This document shows, one piece after another, positions 1 to 13,400 of a stretch of 64,000 nt of DNA. Source of the stretch: Antedon mediterranea (Eukaryota; Animalia; Echinodermata); the NCBI RefSeq assembly GCF_964355755.1, contig NC_092670.1, forward strand, positions 26,770,795-26,834,794, written 5' to 3'. A model generated the notes under the pieces. The model was given only the letters and a program-made list of their open reading frames with translations, had not been told where the DNA came from and did no database searches. Each line of letters begins with the position of its first letter. Position 1 is the stretch's first letter. The position numbers and the translations under genes are program-made.

Positions 1-2133
1 ATCTACTCCGAAATTGTTTTTGAACATTTTATAGTATCTTAATTTTGAAGAAATATTTATGCTTTCAAGAAAGGATTGGCGTTCCATATCGGTTAGCCTT
101 TCTTTTATTTTATTAACTATATAAAATTTATCAAGGACATTATTTTGTGAAAACCATATTTTTCCATGACCAATAGAGCATAACATATGTTTTACATCGC
201 TTACCCAACAATTACTATTATTTTGCGCTTTATGAAGTTGAGATTTATAACATTTCTTCGCATATTTGTCCTCGTTCATATTTACTAGTCTTACCCAATA
301 ACGGATAACATTGAGTACACTTTCGATTGATAAAGAGAATCGTCCACATTCTCCTCTAATTGAAACATTTGTGGCTGATTTCCCGACCCCTAAAACATAT
401 CTACAGAAATTATTTTGAATATCATCAATTTTGTTGTTGTTTAGTTTTCCCCATATTTCAGTATAATTGGGTTTATTTTAACATCAAATAAGTAGTTCCA
501 AATATTCACTGGTAGACGTCCATATTTCTGATATATTATATTTTTGAGTGAGAAAAGTGCTTTATTAGCCTGTGTATTATTTTGTTCTCTGGCCTTTTCC
601 CAATTTCCTGAACAATCGAAAGTGACTCAAAGATATTTAAGAGATTTTACTATTTCAATTTCTTTACCAAGATAATTCCACTTTTCGTAGTTCTTAAGTT
701 TTCAATTTTTTTTAAATACTATTATTTTACTTTTTTCAATGTTAACTACCAATCCCCACCTATTACAATAATATGCTAGTTTATTTAAAAGACTAAAAAC
801 TAGATCATCTGCATACAGTAGGTGATTAATATTTATGTTATCAATTTTTATTTTGTTTCGATTTTCAGCAGTATGTAATAACTCAGTTATATCATTAATA
901 AAAATATTAAATAATAATGAAGATAAAGGTGACCCTTGTTGTATTCCTACTTCACATTTAAAGGATTCTCCAATTTTGTTGCCAACCTTTACATGCCCTT
1001 TTAATTTACTATACATTGTTTTTATAACTTTGATTATTTTACCTTTTATACCAGATTTTCTTAGTTTACTTATAAGGAAATCGTGTCTAATAGAATCGAA
1101 AGCGCGTTTTAAATCTATAAACGCCATGTACACAGTTCCTCGTTTTTTTTGAGAGATATTTGTTAACAATTGTGTCTAAAATAAATATGTTATCAATAGT
1201 ACGACAATCTTTTCTAAACCCTCCCTGTTCTTGATGTAATATTTCATTTTCTTCTGTCCATTTGCTTAATCTATTGCTTATAATGTATAAAAACACCTTG
1301 CCTAAAGTGGATATTAAGGATACGCCTCTATAATTTGCTGGTTGATCTCTTTTGCCCTTTTTAAATATAGGAATAATAATGCTTGTTGCCCATTGTTGGG
1401 GAAAATTTCCAGGGGTAAAAATACTATTAAAAATTTTCGTAATTGCGCTAATAGCAGCATTTGGGATACAAGTAAAAAATTCAATTGGGAATCCATCAAT
1501 ACCTGGAGCTTTACTCCTTTTCTGTGCTTTAATTGCATAACTTACCTATTCCCGGCTGATTTCTTCATTGTAACAATCGTTATGTTCGCAATTGTTATCG
1601 TTATCGTCTTCTATATTGATTTCTTGTATATTATTTGTTTGATTTTGGAACATAGTTTTGAAGTAATCATGCCATTTTTTAAGTGTAATGTTTGTCACGT
1701 TTTGTCGTCGTTTGGTTTTAAGGTTTTTCCAAAATTTTGTACTGTTATGTTCCTTTATTAACCTGATTAATTTTTGTTGGGATGAATTTTTATGTTTATT
1801 TTTTTTAAATTTTATTAATTTTTTATAACTCCTTTTCTTTAACAGATTTTCCTTTAATAGGGTGTTAGTTTTGTATTTTCTATATTTATTAAGAATGCTA
1901 CGAATAATAATTTTCTTTTTTTTGCATTGACGATCAAACCATGTATTCTTGGGCAATTTTGTGCATTTTTTTTGTATTTGTGTTTGTTTTTTTGTATTTA
2001 TGTAAACATATTCTAAAGTTCTATAAAGGTTAATTAGGGCTTCATCAATATCCCTTTTTTCAACATTTGCATTAATATCATCAAGAAATTTGAAAATTTG
2101 TTCATCATTCCATTTGTCCTTGGCTTTATTCAC
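1..2133 (-). mobile_element. Decayed non-LTR retrotransposon (LINE; RTEX/CR1-group-like) RT region, frameshifted, running off the window start
   Basis: - strand ORFs 702-1169 (AFIDLKRAFD, GIQQGSPLSSLLF, LLYADD), 1087-1296 (EQGGFRKDCRTIDNIF) and 1546-2133 (WFDRQC linker); C-terminal GECGRFSL motif near 340-360. Confidence 0.9.
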
Positions 2134-2135
2134 CT

Positions 2136-2578
2136 ATTGGTATGACGGGTGGGCAGTTTAAAACTAGGTTTAACAATCACAAGAAATCTTTCAAAAAAGA
2201 AACGTACAGTAAAGAATCCGAGCTCTCAAAGTACGTATGGTCTTTGAAAACTAATGACGTAATGTTTACAATTAAATGGAAAGTAATTAAATATTCCTCC
2301 ACTAAGAACGCCGCTTATGGGCGTTGTAGTCTTTGTTTAGATGAAAAGCTATGTATTCTAAATGCAAACAAAACAAATTTGTTAAACAAAAGGTCTGAAC
2401 TGATTTCAAAATGTCGTCATAACAAGAAAATTTACATACCACCTGACTAAAGCCTTATAACACCTCGAGATACGGTATTGTTCAGTCTATCTGAAGATCG
2501 TTTAACGTGAAACACCGTGTAATAGACGCCCGTGTTCTATCTAATTCATAAATACATATTATATACATATATATATGT
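2136..2578 (+). mobile_element. 5'-truncated Penelope-like element: GIY-YIG endonuclease C-terminal part plus 3' UTR ending in (TA)n
   Basis: Reads IGMTGGQFKTRFNNHKKSF...LSKYVW...CSLCLDEK...LLNKRSELISKCRH, a typical PLE GIY-YIG; hammerhead motif and TA repeat lie downstream. Confidence 0.88.
2485..2527 (+). ncRNA. Minimal type I hammerhead ribozyme in the PLE 3' region
   Basis: Stem I GTCTAT (2485-2490) pairs with ATAGAC (2522-2527); core CTGAAGA 2491-2497; short stem II (TCG-TTTAA-CGT); GAAA 2509-2512; stem III ACA-ccg-TGT; cleavage triplet GTA ends at 2521. Confidence 0.8.
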
Positions 2579-5415
2579 AGAGCACGCATAGTTAATTGAA
2601 GGAAGACCAAGAGTCTTCCACAACAAATCTCCATAAAACACTCTGTTATAATCATCTTGATCATTAATAATTGACTTTATACGCTATAATTCTATATCCC
2701 TTCTAACAACCTCTTCAATATGACAGTGATCGGAAAGAGATCTTGTAATATGGGATCCTAAATATTTGTAACTATTAACTTCTGAAATATAATGATCACT
2801 TAATGGCCATAATCTCTGTTTGTCTGTTCTTTTTCCAGTAATTAAAACATTGGATTTCTCATAGTTGAATTCTAATTTGTAGTCATTACTAAATTTTGTA
2901 GCTAGATCAAGCATTTCTTGTAACTCCCTTTCATCGTTAGCTAGCAGAACAACATCATCTGCCCAGAATAGACCACTTAATTGAACATTATATATTTCTA
3001 TGCCCATTTTATTTTCCCTTAGAAGTTTGGCAAATTCATTTATATATATACATAATAAAATAGGTGATAATGCACAACCTTGTTTAACACCTTCTTCAAT
3101 TTCGAAATATTCTGTTTCGATTTCTCCAAATTTTACTTTACAGTAAACATTAGTATATATATTAAATAACATTTCCATACATTTCCTTTAATACCAATAT
3201 CCCATGCTGTGGTTAACAATTTGTCTCTCCATACAGTATCGAAGGCCTTTCGAAAATCAAGAAAAGCCATATGTGTATTTTTACCTTCTGCCTGTCTAAT
3301 TGAGGTGAAAATATGATCATCACAGCGATGGTCTTTTCTGAATCCACCTTGGATTTCAGACAATATGTTGTTGCTTTCAAGAAACTTTGAGATATTATTA
3401 GATATAATACGCGTGAATACCTTGGACACACACACACATGAGTTGAGAGTTATACCTCTATAATTGTTTAAGTCATTTTTTGGACCTTTCTTGTGATCCG
3501 GGATTATTATACCTTTGTTCCATTCATCAGGGATAGTTTGAAGTTCTAACAGGCGATTAAATAGTTGAGAGAGAGAGATTGGATAAGTTTATCTCTTCCA
3601 AATTTGAGAAGTTCATTAGGAATGGTATCGGTGCCAGGTGCTTTGTGATTTTTACATTGGCCTAAAGCCCTTTTAATATCTAACATAGAGATATATAATA
3701 TATATTGCAAAGCTGAGGGGAATTTTGATATTACATTCATCACTTTTATTTCTTAGATTGTTTATTTCTTCTTTTGTTTGTTTAATTGAATAATCATGAG
3801 TACCTAAGTTACTTTGTCCTAATGTCTTCCAATATTGACATATTGTTTCTTTTATTTTACATTTATCTTTTGTTGTCTCATCAGTTAGGCAGTTTAATTG
3901 AAGTGGTTTAAACTTTTTTGCGGTTATAACCTCGTAAGTTTGTCCAAAAATTCTTACTGCTTACTCCACCGTTTTCTGAAATTTGTGCGCTTTTATCAAT
4001 GCGAACTTGCATTATTTTCTTGTTGAGTGCGTGTTTGACAGCTTTCCTTTATGTTGGTAATTTTGCCATAGCTCGTTGCCATGTACTGTGTTTTTATTAC
4101 TCTTCACCCAATGCCGGTGTTCTTTACTGGCAGCTTTTCTATCTTTGATCAAATGATCAAAGTTTGAGTCCCACCATCGTTTGTGTTTACATTTCTTATT
4201 TTTGAATCCTATTGTTTTATTTGCTGCTTGTAATAATTTTGATCGTCATGAGGACCATAGCATATTTGGGCAGTCAAATTCATTGGCGTTCCATTCTTCG
4301 AAAGTATCTTTTAATTCTTTTTGGTAATTGGACCAGTCTTGATCTGGTAAAATATTCCAAATATTTGTGGAGATTTTATTCTTTTTCTTTTTTTTTAATT
4401 GACCAAAGCTTTGTTTAAAATTTGTTATTAATGTATTGTGATCACTGCCTAAATGAAAGCGGTGGTCTTCATCCACAATAAATGTTTCTACATATTCTAT
4501 TAGGTCGTCTGAGGTTAACATATAACCAATAGTTGAGGATTGATTATTCCTCATCCATGTTGTCTTTCCGTGGCATAGTTTTGTACAGTTGAGAACTGTA
4601 AGTTCCGAATTTTCACAAAAATTAAGAAAACGTTTGCCATTGGTATTAAGGACAGGGTCTCCATATGGGATTGCATTACCAATTCTGGCATTAAAGTCTT
4701 CCATAATTAAAATGTGTGCAGCTTTTTCATTTTCAATTTGTAAAATTTCTGATAGGATTTGATTATATAATTCATCAGAGAGACAAGCATAAGTTCCTTC
4801 GACAGAAAAATAAGCTACTGCTATATATATATAATATTATTGTTTAACTTAGCTTTTATCCATAGTCTTTCATAATCATCGTGTGGGTCGAAATAGGCCT
4901 AATTATCATCCATGATTGTAATCGCCTCCGATATTAGAAAACCAATACCACCCCTATTTTTAGATTTTCTATTTTTGCCAATCCATTTATAGCTGTTAAT
5001 GTCAATTGTTTGATCATTTTGTAAAATGTTTCAGCTAAACCTAATATTTGGATACTATTGTTATTTAAGATCTTAGATTTAACCCTGTTTACGTTATTAA
5101 ATACCGACTTATGGCCTAACAAACCACATGAGTAACACTTAATATGTTGACCATGTCTACAGTTCTTTTTGACATGATTGTGTTCATCACAGAAGTGACA
5201 TCCGGCACATTGACTTTGTCTGTTGTTAGATCCTTTCGCTTGGTTGTTTCTCCGGTTAGAATTCCTTCTTTTGGGTGACGGTTTGCCGCGTGTTGACTGT
5301 CCGTTATGTAGGGCCTAATCGATTCTGTTTGCGAATAATTGTGTGGTGCCTATTGATGTTGCGTAGAAGGCGTCTTGTGCCGCTCGTTGACAGGTGTAGT
5401 CCATCTATCAAGTGT
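2579..5415 (-). mobile_element. Decayed LINE with APE-RT ORF2 and the end of an esterase (SGNH/GDSL-type) ORF1; RTEX-like (tentative)
   Basis: RT fragments 2684-3743 (GVKQGCALSP, FWADD, FLDFRKAFD); APE fragments 4246-5122 (DFNARIG, SDHN, ILGLAETF); - strand 5335-5412 reads LIDGLHLSTSGTRRLLRNINR (esterase DGxH motif). Confidence 0.85.
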
Positions 5416-6286
5416 TGATTTAAAAGTGCCATAAAAAATTTTCCCCAAAACCCTGGGATGGGGATTTTTTTTTCTGACATTCTATATGGTATACTCTATT
5501 AGAAAAACCAAAAAAAAAATTTCCTATACTTTTTTCCCGCAAATGTGTAGCCTATAATTAATTGTTCTGCACCCAGGCTAGTACCAGATAGAGAGTACTC
5601 TACTACTCTAGACTATTCATATCAGTTATCCGTGGGTCTCTTATTTTATAGCAAAAATATCGCAGTATAGCCTAAATACAGTATTATTATTATTATTATT
5701 ATACAGTAATAGTAGGGTATGATGTTGCACCTTCTGTTTTTTTGGACATGATGAATAGTGTGTGTCACGACGGTGGAGGCAGCAGCAAGCAAATCAAACT
5801 TGTTACGTACGTACACGCCGCATATTAACCGATAGTTCGCACACGAGCGCGCGCTGTTGGATGTATCATATCTGTACATGACAACAGCACGTGTGCTTTG
5901 TTTTGTCTAGACAAATATTAAAAGTGTCTGTTGAGCTATCGTGTTTCGGCAATAAAACACAGACTGACAGAAGAAGTTACCCAGTTTCTAATCTAAAAAC
6001 TTTTTTTTTACTCATTTTCATTTACAAAAAATAATTCATTTTTCATATTTTTGGGGACAATACATTTTTAAGATATTCAAAATAATATTTTATTTGTAGT
6101 ATTTCTGTTTATGTGGTTACTTGATTGATCGCTTCTGACAATTGTTGTGTCTTCTTCTTCTTACCTAAAATCACGGGGGAGTATCAACATTTCGGGTAAC
6201 CCCCGGAAGCTTGTGGATTTGGATAATTCCATTACAGAAAAGGGGACGTTCCTCTTTTACAAAAGCACGTTCATTGATGCGGAGCG

Positions 6287-6367
6287 CGGGGGAGAGAGAG
6301 AGAGAGGTACTCTCAGTCTCATCATATATCCATCACACGTCGCGTCGTACACAGAAGAACGGTAAGA
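6287..6367 (+). promoter_or_regulatory. Candidate promoter / short non-coding first exon (possibly of the GALNT gene)
   Basis: (GA)n tract ~6291-6306, Inr-like TCAGTC 6313-6318, locally CpG-rich, followed by a donor-like G|GTAAGA at 6361/6362. Link to GALNT is only inferred. Confidence 0.3.
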
Positions 6368-7959
6368 AAATTAGTATTTCAAGCCTCTAGGCCTATACTG
6401 TTTAGTTCTTAGTTTGAATGGTTAGAATAGTATATAATGTAGAATACATTATTAAATAATGATACTTTGTATAAACGGTTGATGGTATGTAAACAACTCT
6501 CGATTTAACTAGCTAGGCTAGGCCGCCTAGGCTAGGCCTTCTATATGACGATGCGCCACCACCTACTAGGCTAGGCCTACTTACTCTACTACTACTAGGC
6601 CTAGTACTAGTTGTACTACCTAGGCCTATACTAGTCTACTACTACGGCGTGGTGGACAACATTTATGGCGACGACAGTCATGTTGTTATGATGAACGACG
6701 CACTACCTGGACGTAGGCCTAAAAATGGTATTTAACAAGGTAGTCTAGACTTGGGTCTAAATGGTGGTGGTTTATCTTTGTGTTAATTTAGTTTATTTAA
6801 ATTTGTGCAAACTTTGTTAAAACAAACGAGTTTCATATTCCCTTTCCTCCCCACAATTTTTCTATGTAAAATAATTAAAGGTCTACTACATTAAAAATAA
6901 AATATATATTAGTTTATTACATAAAAAAAAACAAAACAAAGAGTAGCTGCATCTATGCCTACTGTAGTCGTAGATACAATCCCCAGCCTATATTTGTCCC
7001 CCTATGATGATGTGTTGTCTTGTTGTCACCATTGTCCCAGAGGGATGTTTTTAAATTGTTGTAGGTTACGAGGGCCGAAGGCCCAAACGCCTCAATAGGC
7101 ATAGATATAGAATGAGGATTGCAGCTATACCTAAAAAAAAAAAAAAAATTTATCAGCCCACTATAAATACTTGCATGAGTGCCATGTGGATTGATATTTT
7201 TGTTTTGCTTCTGTGAAAAAAAAAAAAACCTTTTCATTGAGAATACCGGATCGTCACCAATTAATGGATTCTGTATTAAAATAAGAAATCGACAGTTTCT
7301 GCTACAAGACAACCACGAGGCTAGGCATATCTATAACTCAGGATTGATGTTCATGAATACATTACCGCTGTTGCCTACAAACAGGATAATTCGTTAATTA
7401 TTTGATTTTGTTTTATTTTCTGAGAGACTGTGAGGTACAGGAGTTATTGGTACTTAGGAATAATGATGAAATAAAGCAAAATATATACAAATCTGACTGT
7501 TCTGACTAGCCTAAACATTGTCGAAAATGATCATTATGCCCTTTCGTGGGCGGTCTTTATATTAGCCCTAGCCTAGATAGGCTTAGTTTTGTAGATGTAG
7601 CTGGTAAACATCGGTAACGTACGAATATCGTACACTTTACTATAATACTACACTATGATAATTAATATAGGCCTAACCTGCATTAATTGTATTTTTGTCA
7701 GACTCCATTTATTTTGCCCTTATGATCGATCGAAAAGTGGTTGAATTACAGAAAAAAAACAGAAATATCAATCCGCGCAATGCATGTTGGGATTTATAGC
7801 GGGCCGCAAAAATGATTAGAATCAACTTATTTTTTACATTTTTAACCGTTTAAAGACGAGCAAAGTTATGTCAATAGGACCAAAAAAATTAGAGCTAAAA
7901 TACTTAGGGAATGGGTTTACAAAGGTTCTACAGTAGACAGGAAACATTTCTTTGATATT

Positions 7960-8620
7960 CATGCTATATAAATGATATCTCTATTAGTACGAACTGTAAA
8001 ACTATCTTATATGCCGATGATACCGCATTATTAGTTTCTGTCAAAAGCCCGGAAAAAATTGCAAATACCATCCTTGATTCATGTCACACTTGGTTAATCA
8101 ATAATGAACTTTCACTACACGTTGATAAAACTGAGGATATTCTTTTTGGCCCAAAGAAAAAAGTTAAAAATGTTGAAAAATTTAAAGCATATTGTAATGG
8201 TAAAGAACTATCACGGAAGCATTCTGTTAAATACTTAGGATGTTATATGGATGAAGATCTTTGTGGTGAAACCATGGTATTCTGGACTAACCAGTTACTT
8301 TAAGGGAAAACTTCAAGTTGCCCAAAATAAAGTTGCCAGATTTATTTGTAACTGGGATAACAGGTCCCATATTGGTAAGGAAGAACTTAAATCTATTGGT
8401 CAACTTAATATTGAAAGTCGGGTTGAACAATTAAAACTAAACCATGTTCACAAAATATTCAACAACCAAGCCATTCATGTACACACACTCTCGAAGACAT
8501 CCACCATCCAAAATATTACAAGAAGAAGCTCTCATACATTCTACCTGTCTAAATCAGACACATTATCAAAGACACATTCTTCTACACAGCAGCACAACAA
8601 TGGAACCTATTATTATTTAT
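7960..8620 (+). mobile_element. Decayed LINE RT 3' fragment, same clade as the intact element at 22004-26401
   Basis: ILYADDTALLVS near 8000; KLQVAQNKVARFI..RSHIG..LNIESRVEQLKLNHVHKIF resembles the C-terminus of ORF 22308-25847. Confidence 0.8.
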
Positions 8621-8639
8621 AAATATAATTTCGAATGAG

Positions 8640-9870
8640 GGTACGTTTATTGTAAATACATAATATAAAAATAACGCTTAAAAAAGAACGACATTATCAA
8701 GTCCAATGAATAAAATATAAAACAACAACTAATTAAATAGCACAAGCCAAGGGTCAAAGTTTAAATAACAAAAGACCTATTGTCTAACATCCTGTAAAAT
8801 GAAAAGCTTAGCTTTTACAGTCACTTTGTTTATTCAGACTAGGTTTTAATTGTCTGATATACAACATTTCATAGATAAGACAGTCAAATTTGTTTTTGCA
8901 TTTCCTAAGTATACTAAAACATGAATTAATTTTACTTGGATTAACAATCACGTTATGATCCTTTAAATGCTGTCCTATTAAGCATCTACTATGTTCAACA
9001 ATGCGTTGGTAGAGGTGTCGGCATGTATCCAACATAACTTGCATCGCACAAGTCACATTTAAATTTATACACAACTCATTGTTGACTTATAATAGTTGGT
9101 TTCTTTTCGACTTTCCTAATGTTATCTTTAACTTTTTTACTTATGAATACAGGGACAATGTTTTTGTTTATCTTGTGACTTAGTTGGCATAGTTGTCGCT
9201 TGACGGAGTTTGCAGATTTCTGGTCTTTGAATGGCAGGAGGATGATTCGCACTGGTATTTCGGATAAATCTGTTTCACCTTCTGCAGTGTTGTTATTGCT
9301 CTCTGCTGGTTTAAAGTTCTGTATGGTTGTTGTTATTAGTTCATCTGGATATTTCAGACGCTTAAAAATCTTCCTTAGAATTTCACATCATTAAAAAGCT
9401 GGTGGGTCGACGATAGTTTGTAAGCCCGATTTAACATAGTTATAATAAGTGACCTTTTATACTTGTTGTCAACGTGACTATTGTAGTGTAGCAATAAGCC
9501 TGTGTCTGTTGGCTTTCTATAAACCCGTGTGTGCAATTTTTCCAAATCTTTGGTTATCAGCATTCCTAGGAAAGGGATTGAATTGTTCACGGCAGTTTCC
9601 ATTGTGAACGCTATCGCAGGATGGGCTGTGTTAAGTAAAGCTTAAAGCTTCTAGATTTGGCATGAATACTAGTGTGTCATCAACATACCGTTTGTAGTAT
9701 TTGGGCATGTGGTTCGTAGATTCAAGGCGTTCCTCGGTGTGGCACATAAATACATTTGCCATAAGGGGCCCTAGAGGTGATCCCATTGCAACTCCATCAA
9801 CCTGTTCATACAAGTTACCATTAAATTGGAATAGCTGATCTTTCGTTGCTATATTGAGGAGTACAATTAG
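8640..9870 (-). mobile_element. Penelope-like element, 3' part (RT C-terminus plus GIY-YIG), decayed
   Basis: YEQVDGVAMGSPLGPLMANVFM..YKRYVDD; IPFLGMLI..VYRKPTDTGLLLHY; TCRHLYQRIVEH..CLIYEMLYIRQLKPSLNKQ. Confidence 0.9.
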
Positions 9871-11849
9871 GAGCCATTGTCTGTAAAAATCAAAGATTTG
9901 GTGGTAGATGTAAAAAAATGGATTTCTCTCAAATTTTTACCATGAATAGACATTTCAATAAAAAGCATATCTACAACATTCATTTTAATTTTTAGCCTCC
10001 GTTGTCATGACAACGGTCAATTATCCAAATTTTGATGTTTTTGCCATTTTTCACAGATTTTCTATAGTGAAAAAGTACAAACTTGTATACTTAATTTAAC
10101 CAAAAATACTTACAGTATACAGTTTTTGTTTATAGCAGTGTAAACAACATGTATTGAGTTCCATTTAAAATGGACCTGAAATGGATTTTCGATTTTTTTC
10201 ATTTTAGAATGATGTTTTGGGGGCTATTAGGTGTTGCTAGAATGTATATTGTTACAAAATATAAATTGGCCCTTTTGGGGAAAGCCCCATTTGAAAATCA
10301 AAAAAATTCGCGGGTGACGTCACTTTGCGAATATATTCCTATCCCTCCAATGGAAAATTTGCAGTTTTTTGGCTATAACTCTTGAAATCTATGGAGTATT
10401 TTCTAAAAAATGCTTGTGCATTTGCAGAAACGTATTTAGAATTTTTTTAGATAAAATTATTACCGTATAAACGGTTATTCATCGAGAAAATGACGATTTT
10501 AAATCTTAAAATCAACGGTTTTTTTCTGGCAATACCGAAGTTGGCCTGGCAACGTTGTCCGGGATACAGCTCCGTGCGCAATGATGCGTATCCATATTTT
10601 CCGTTCGTGTATTTTGTATATCGTTCGTAATTTATACTGCTAAAATGTGTTAGTTTCTTTAGTTTTTAGTTAATAGCAGAATTAAATTAGTAATATGAGA
10701 TGATAATTTATTTGTCACGAATCAGGCAGTTCGAAAACGAATTTTATTCATATTTTACTTTGGCTTGACAATGAGCGCAGCAAGTTGTTGATATCGCTTT
10801 GGTCCTTGGATACACATGAAACGGAGCCTCGCCGCATGATGTGGGTGGTGGATCGACTCCGCGCTCTGGATTGGGGGCCTAGGCCTAGTAAAGGTTTGGG
10901 AGGTAGGCCTTCTAAATTCGGGTTTTAGAACAAACAAAGTATATTTTAGGGACCTATATTTCAACAACATTAGATATTGAATAAATAAGTATTAGTGTCA
11001 ACGCTTCGCGTATCTTTCCAGGCCGTCGATCATTCACTGACTATCGGGCGGCATACACGCTCTCGATATCATCGTATGTATATGTGACGTCGTGAATATA
11101 GAGGCTTCCGACGGCCGTTGAAATAGAATATTGCAATGGCGTGAGTAATTTTCGCTAATTTACCATGGTATCTTAAAATTTCGTTTTTACTCAAAATACT
11201 ATACATTTTGTTTTTATTTGTATGGGTTTGTGTTAATTTGATACATTTAAATAACATGTGTGAATTTCTTGAAAATCGAAATTCCATTTCAGGTCCATTT
11301 TAATGTTGAAAAAAAATAAATTACAAAATGGAGTTTGGTTGATACCATTATTTTAAAAAGGGGTGTTTTTAAAAAATATTTTTTAAATAAAAGTATACCT
11401 CATAAACGTACCTATAACTTCCAAAGTGGTGTTTTTAAATCAATGAGGTTTTTTAATTTGATAGTAAATAGGTTTGTCAACAATAATCACGAAAAAAACA
11501 CTGGGGTAAATTTCGTACATAGGTTTTGTGTTGCCAGGAAAATACGAAAAATACAAAAAATATAACAAAATATCAACAAACAAAACACATGAAACACAAT
11601 TTAAATATGGCTAATCCAATAATAAAATGTATATGTGGCTTGTCATAATGCTACTAGAGTCATACGAATAGTTTAGATAAAATAGGAGAATGTGTTGCCA
11701 GGTTTATTTCACTTAATTGCCAGAAAAACAGTATTTTGCATTGAAATATTTAGTTGATGGAAAATAATGTTAAACTTGGAAATAATTGCGTCAATGGTTT
11801 TTATAAATTTTTAAATCTATTTTGTGTAAAGAGATACAGAAAGACCTCC

Positions 11850-13400
11850 CAAAAAATCTGACCCTGTAAATAGGTCATTTGAGGTCAAAAGGGGTCAGAA
11901 TGCAAAACAGGACAGGTCCCCACTTTACTACAACTATTAATGTTTGATCAAAATTTACAAGATAGTTCATAACAATTCTCAACAATGTTCATATTTTACC
12001 TATAGTGTTACCTTAGCAACCATTTCTATGTGTAACTAAGGAAAGTAATTTTTAAAAAAACGTAAACAATGGCGTTTTTTATAAATACATAGAATTTATT
12101 GCATTTGTAATTTTTCTCAATTTTACTTCTACTGCATTCCATTAATGACAAACTTGACCTTGTAAATTCATTCATTTTGAGGTCAACATTTTACCATAGT
12201 AACTGTTTCTATGCGAAAATTTCAAAAAAATAAGGGGTTTTTCATAAATACAAAACATTTTTTCTACATAGTTTTACATTTATACTTTTTGCCAAATTTA
12301 AACCTGTTTACATAACTAATGATATTAAAAAAAAAAATGAAATATGGAGTTTTCATGAAAAAAAAAAATATTTTACATATTGAGGTCAAATGACATCAAC
12401 ATTTTACCTATAGTGTATTGTAGCAACTGTTTCTATACGTAACTAAGTACAATATTTTTAATATGGGGTTTCATGACTACAAACAATTGATTACATAGCT
12501 TTACTACCTTTTCCCAAATTTACTTATCTACTGAATCCCAGAAAATGTCTGAACTTGTGAAAGGGTCATTTGTTGGGTCAAGTTATGTCAAAATGTATTA
12601 TTTATGTTATCTTAGAACCTGTTTCTATTCATAACTAAGGATAATTGTTTTTTTAAATACAGTTGAACCTCCCGTAAGTGGCCACCCTCGGGACCTGGAA
12701 AAGTGGCCGCTTACGGGCGGTGACCCCTTACGGGAGGTAAGGGCCAAAATCACTTATTATGGCTATATACGATATTCTTAACGAAACGAGCCTCTCAATT
12801 TTCCAGCTAATTGTAGGCCTATTATTATTTATAATCAGGTGGTTTAGTATTTTTTATCATTTTCAGACAAATTTTAAAAACTTTTATCATATGAAAAATG
12901 GTCGGTCAAAATCTGTGTAGTTTTCTCATCTCTTCACAGTAATGCTTTTAAAACCTCTTCAAAATAAAGCTAATATATAAAGAAATACAATAAACATGCA
13001 CCTCTAATTCATAGGTCTATGCAATAAGTATCACATTTTTCGATTGGCCGCTTACAAAAAATCTCATTTTTAGTATAAAAAGGTGCCCGCAGCTACTTAC
13101 GGTAAGCACCAAATGCACTAATTAGATAGGAAGAACAAACAGGCTTTTCAAAGGGCGTCCGTTAAGGGAGGTGGCCGCTGTAAATAAAATATGGGGTTTT
13201 CATGAATAAAAATAATCACAGAAGAAAGTGCTTACGAATATGACCTTGTGAAACAGTAATTTGAAAATGCAAATAAGGCATGCCTGCTAATAATCTACAA
13301 ATTTAAATTTGTATGAGATAAATATGCAAAATCTAAAGAATATCTCGTTTTTAGTTACCATAGTAACTGTTGCTATGCATAACTAAGGGAAATTAAATAA
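11850..13400. repeat. Degenerate ~200-300 bp tandem repeats inside the 6.6-kb element
   Basis: Recurring blocks GACCTTGT(G/A)AA..TTTGAGGTCAA..TAG(C/T)AACTGTTTCTAT..AACTAAGG..ATGGGGTTTTCAT at ~11860, 12155, 12380, 12550 and 13240. Confidence 0.6.
12660..13180. mobile_element. Tc1/mariner(pogo)-type MITE, TA site, right TIR partly deleted
   Basis: TA|CAGTTGAACCTCCCGTAAG...GGGAGGTGGCCGCTG|TA; subterminal GTGGCCGCTTACGGG repeats. Confidence 0.65.

Noticed and set aside
835-1761. + strand ORFs opposite LINE coding sequence (also the short ORFs overlapping 22308-25847 and 31498-33273)
   Set aside because: Shadow ORFs antisense to or out of frame with real TE genes, with no motifs.
8680-8712. Hammerhead ribozyme in the second Penelope-like element
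   Set aside because: - strand GACTTGATAATG resembles a variant core start, but no GAAAC or stems follow; probably deleted.
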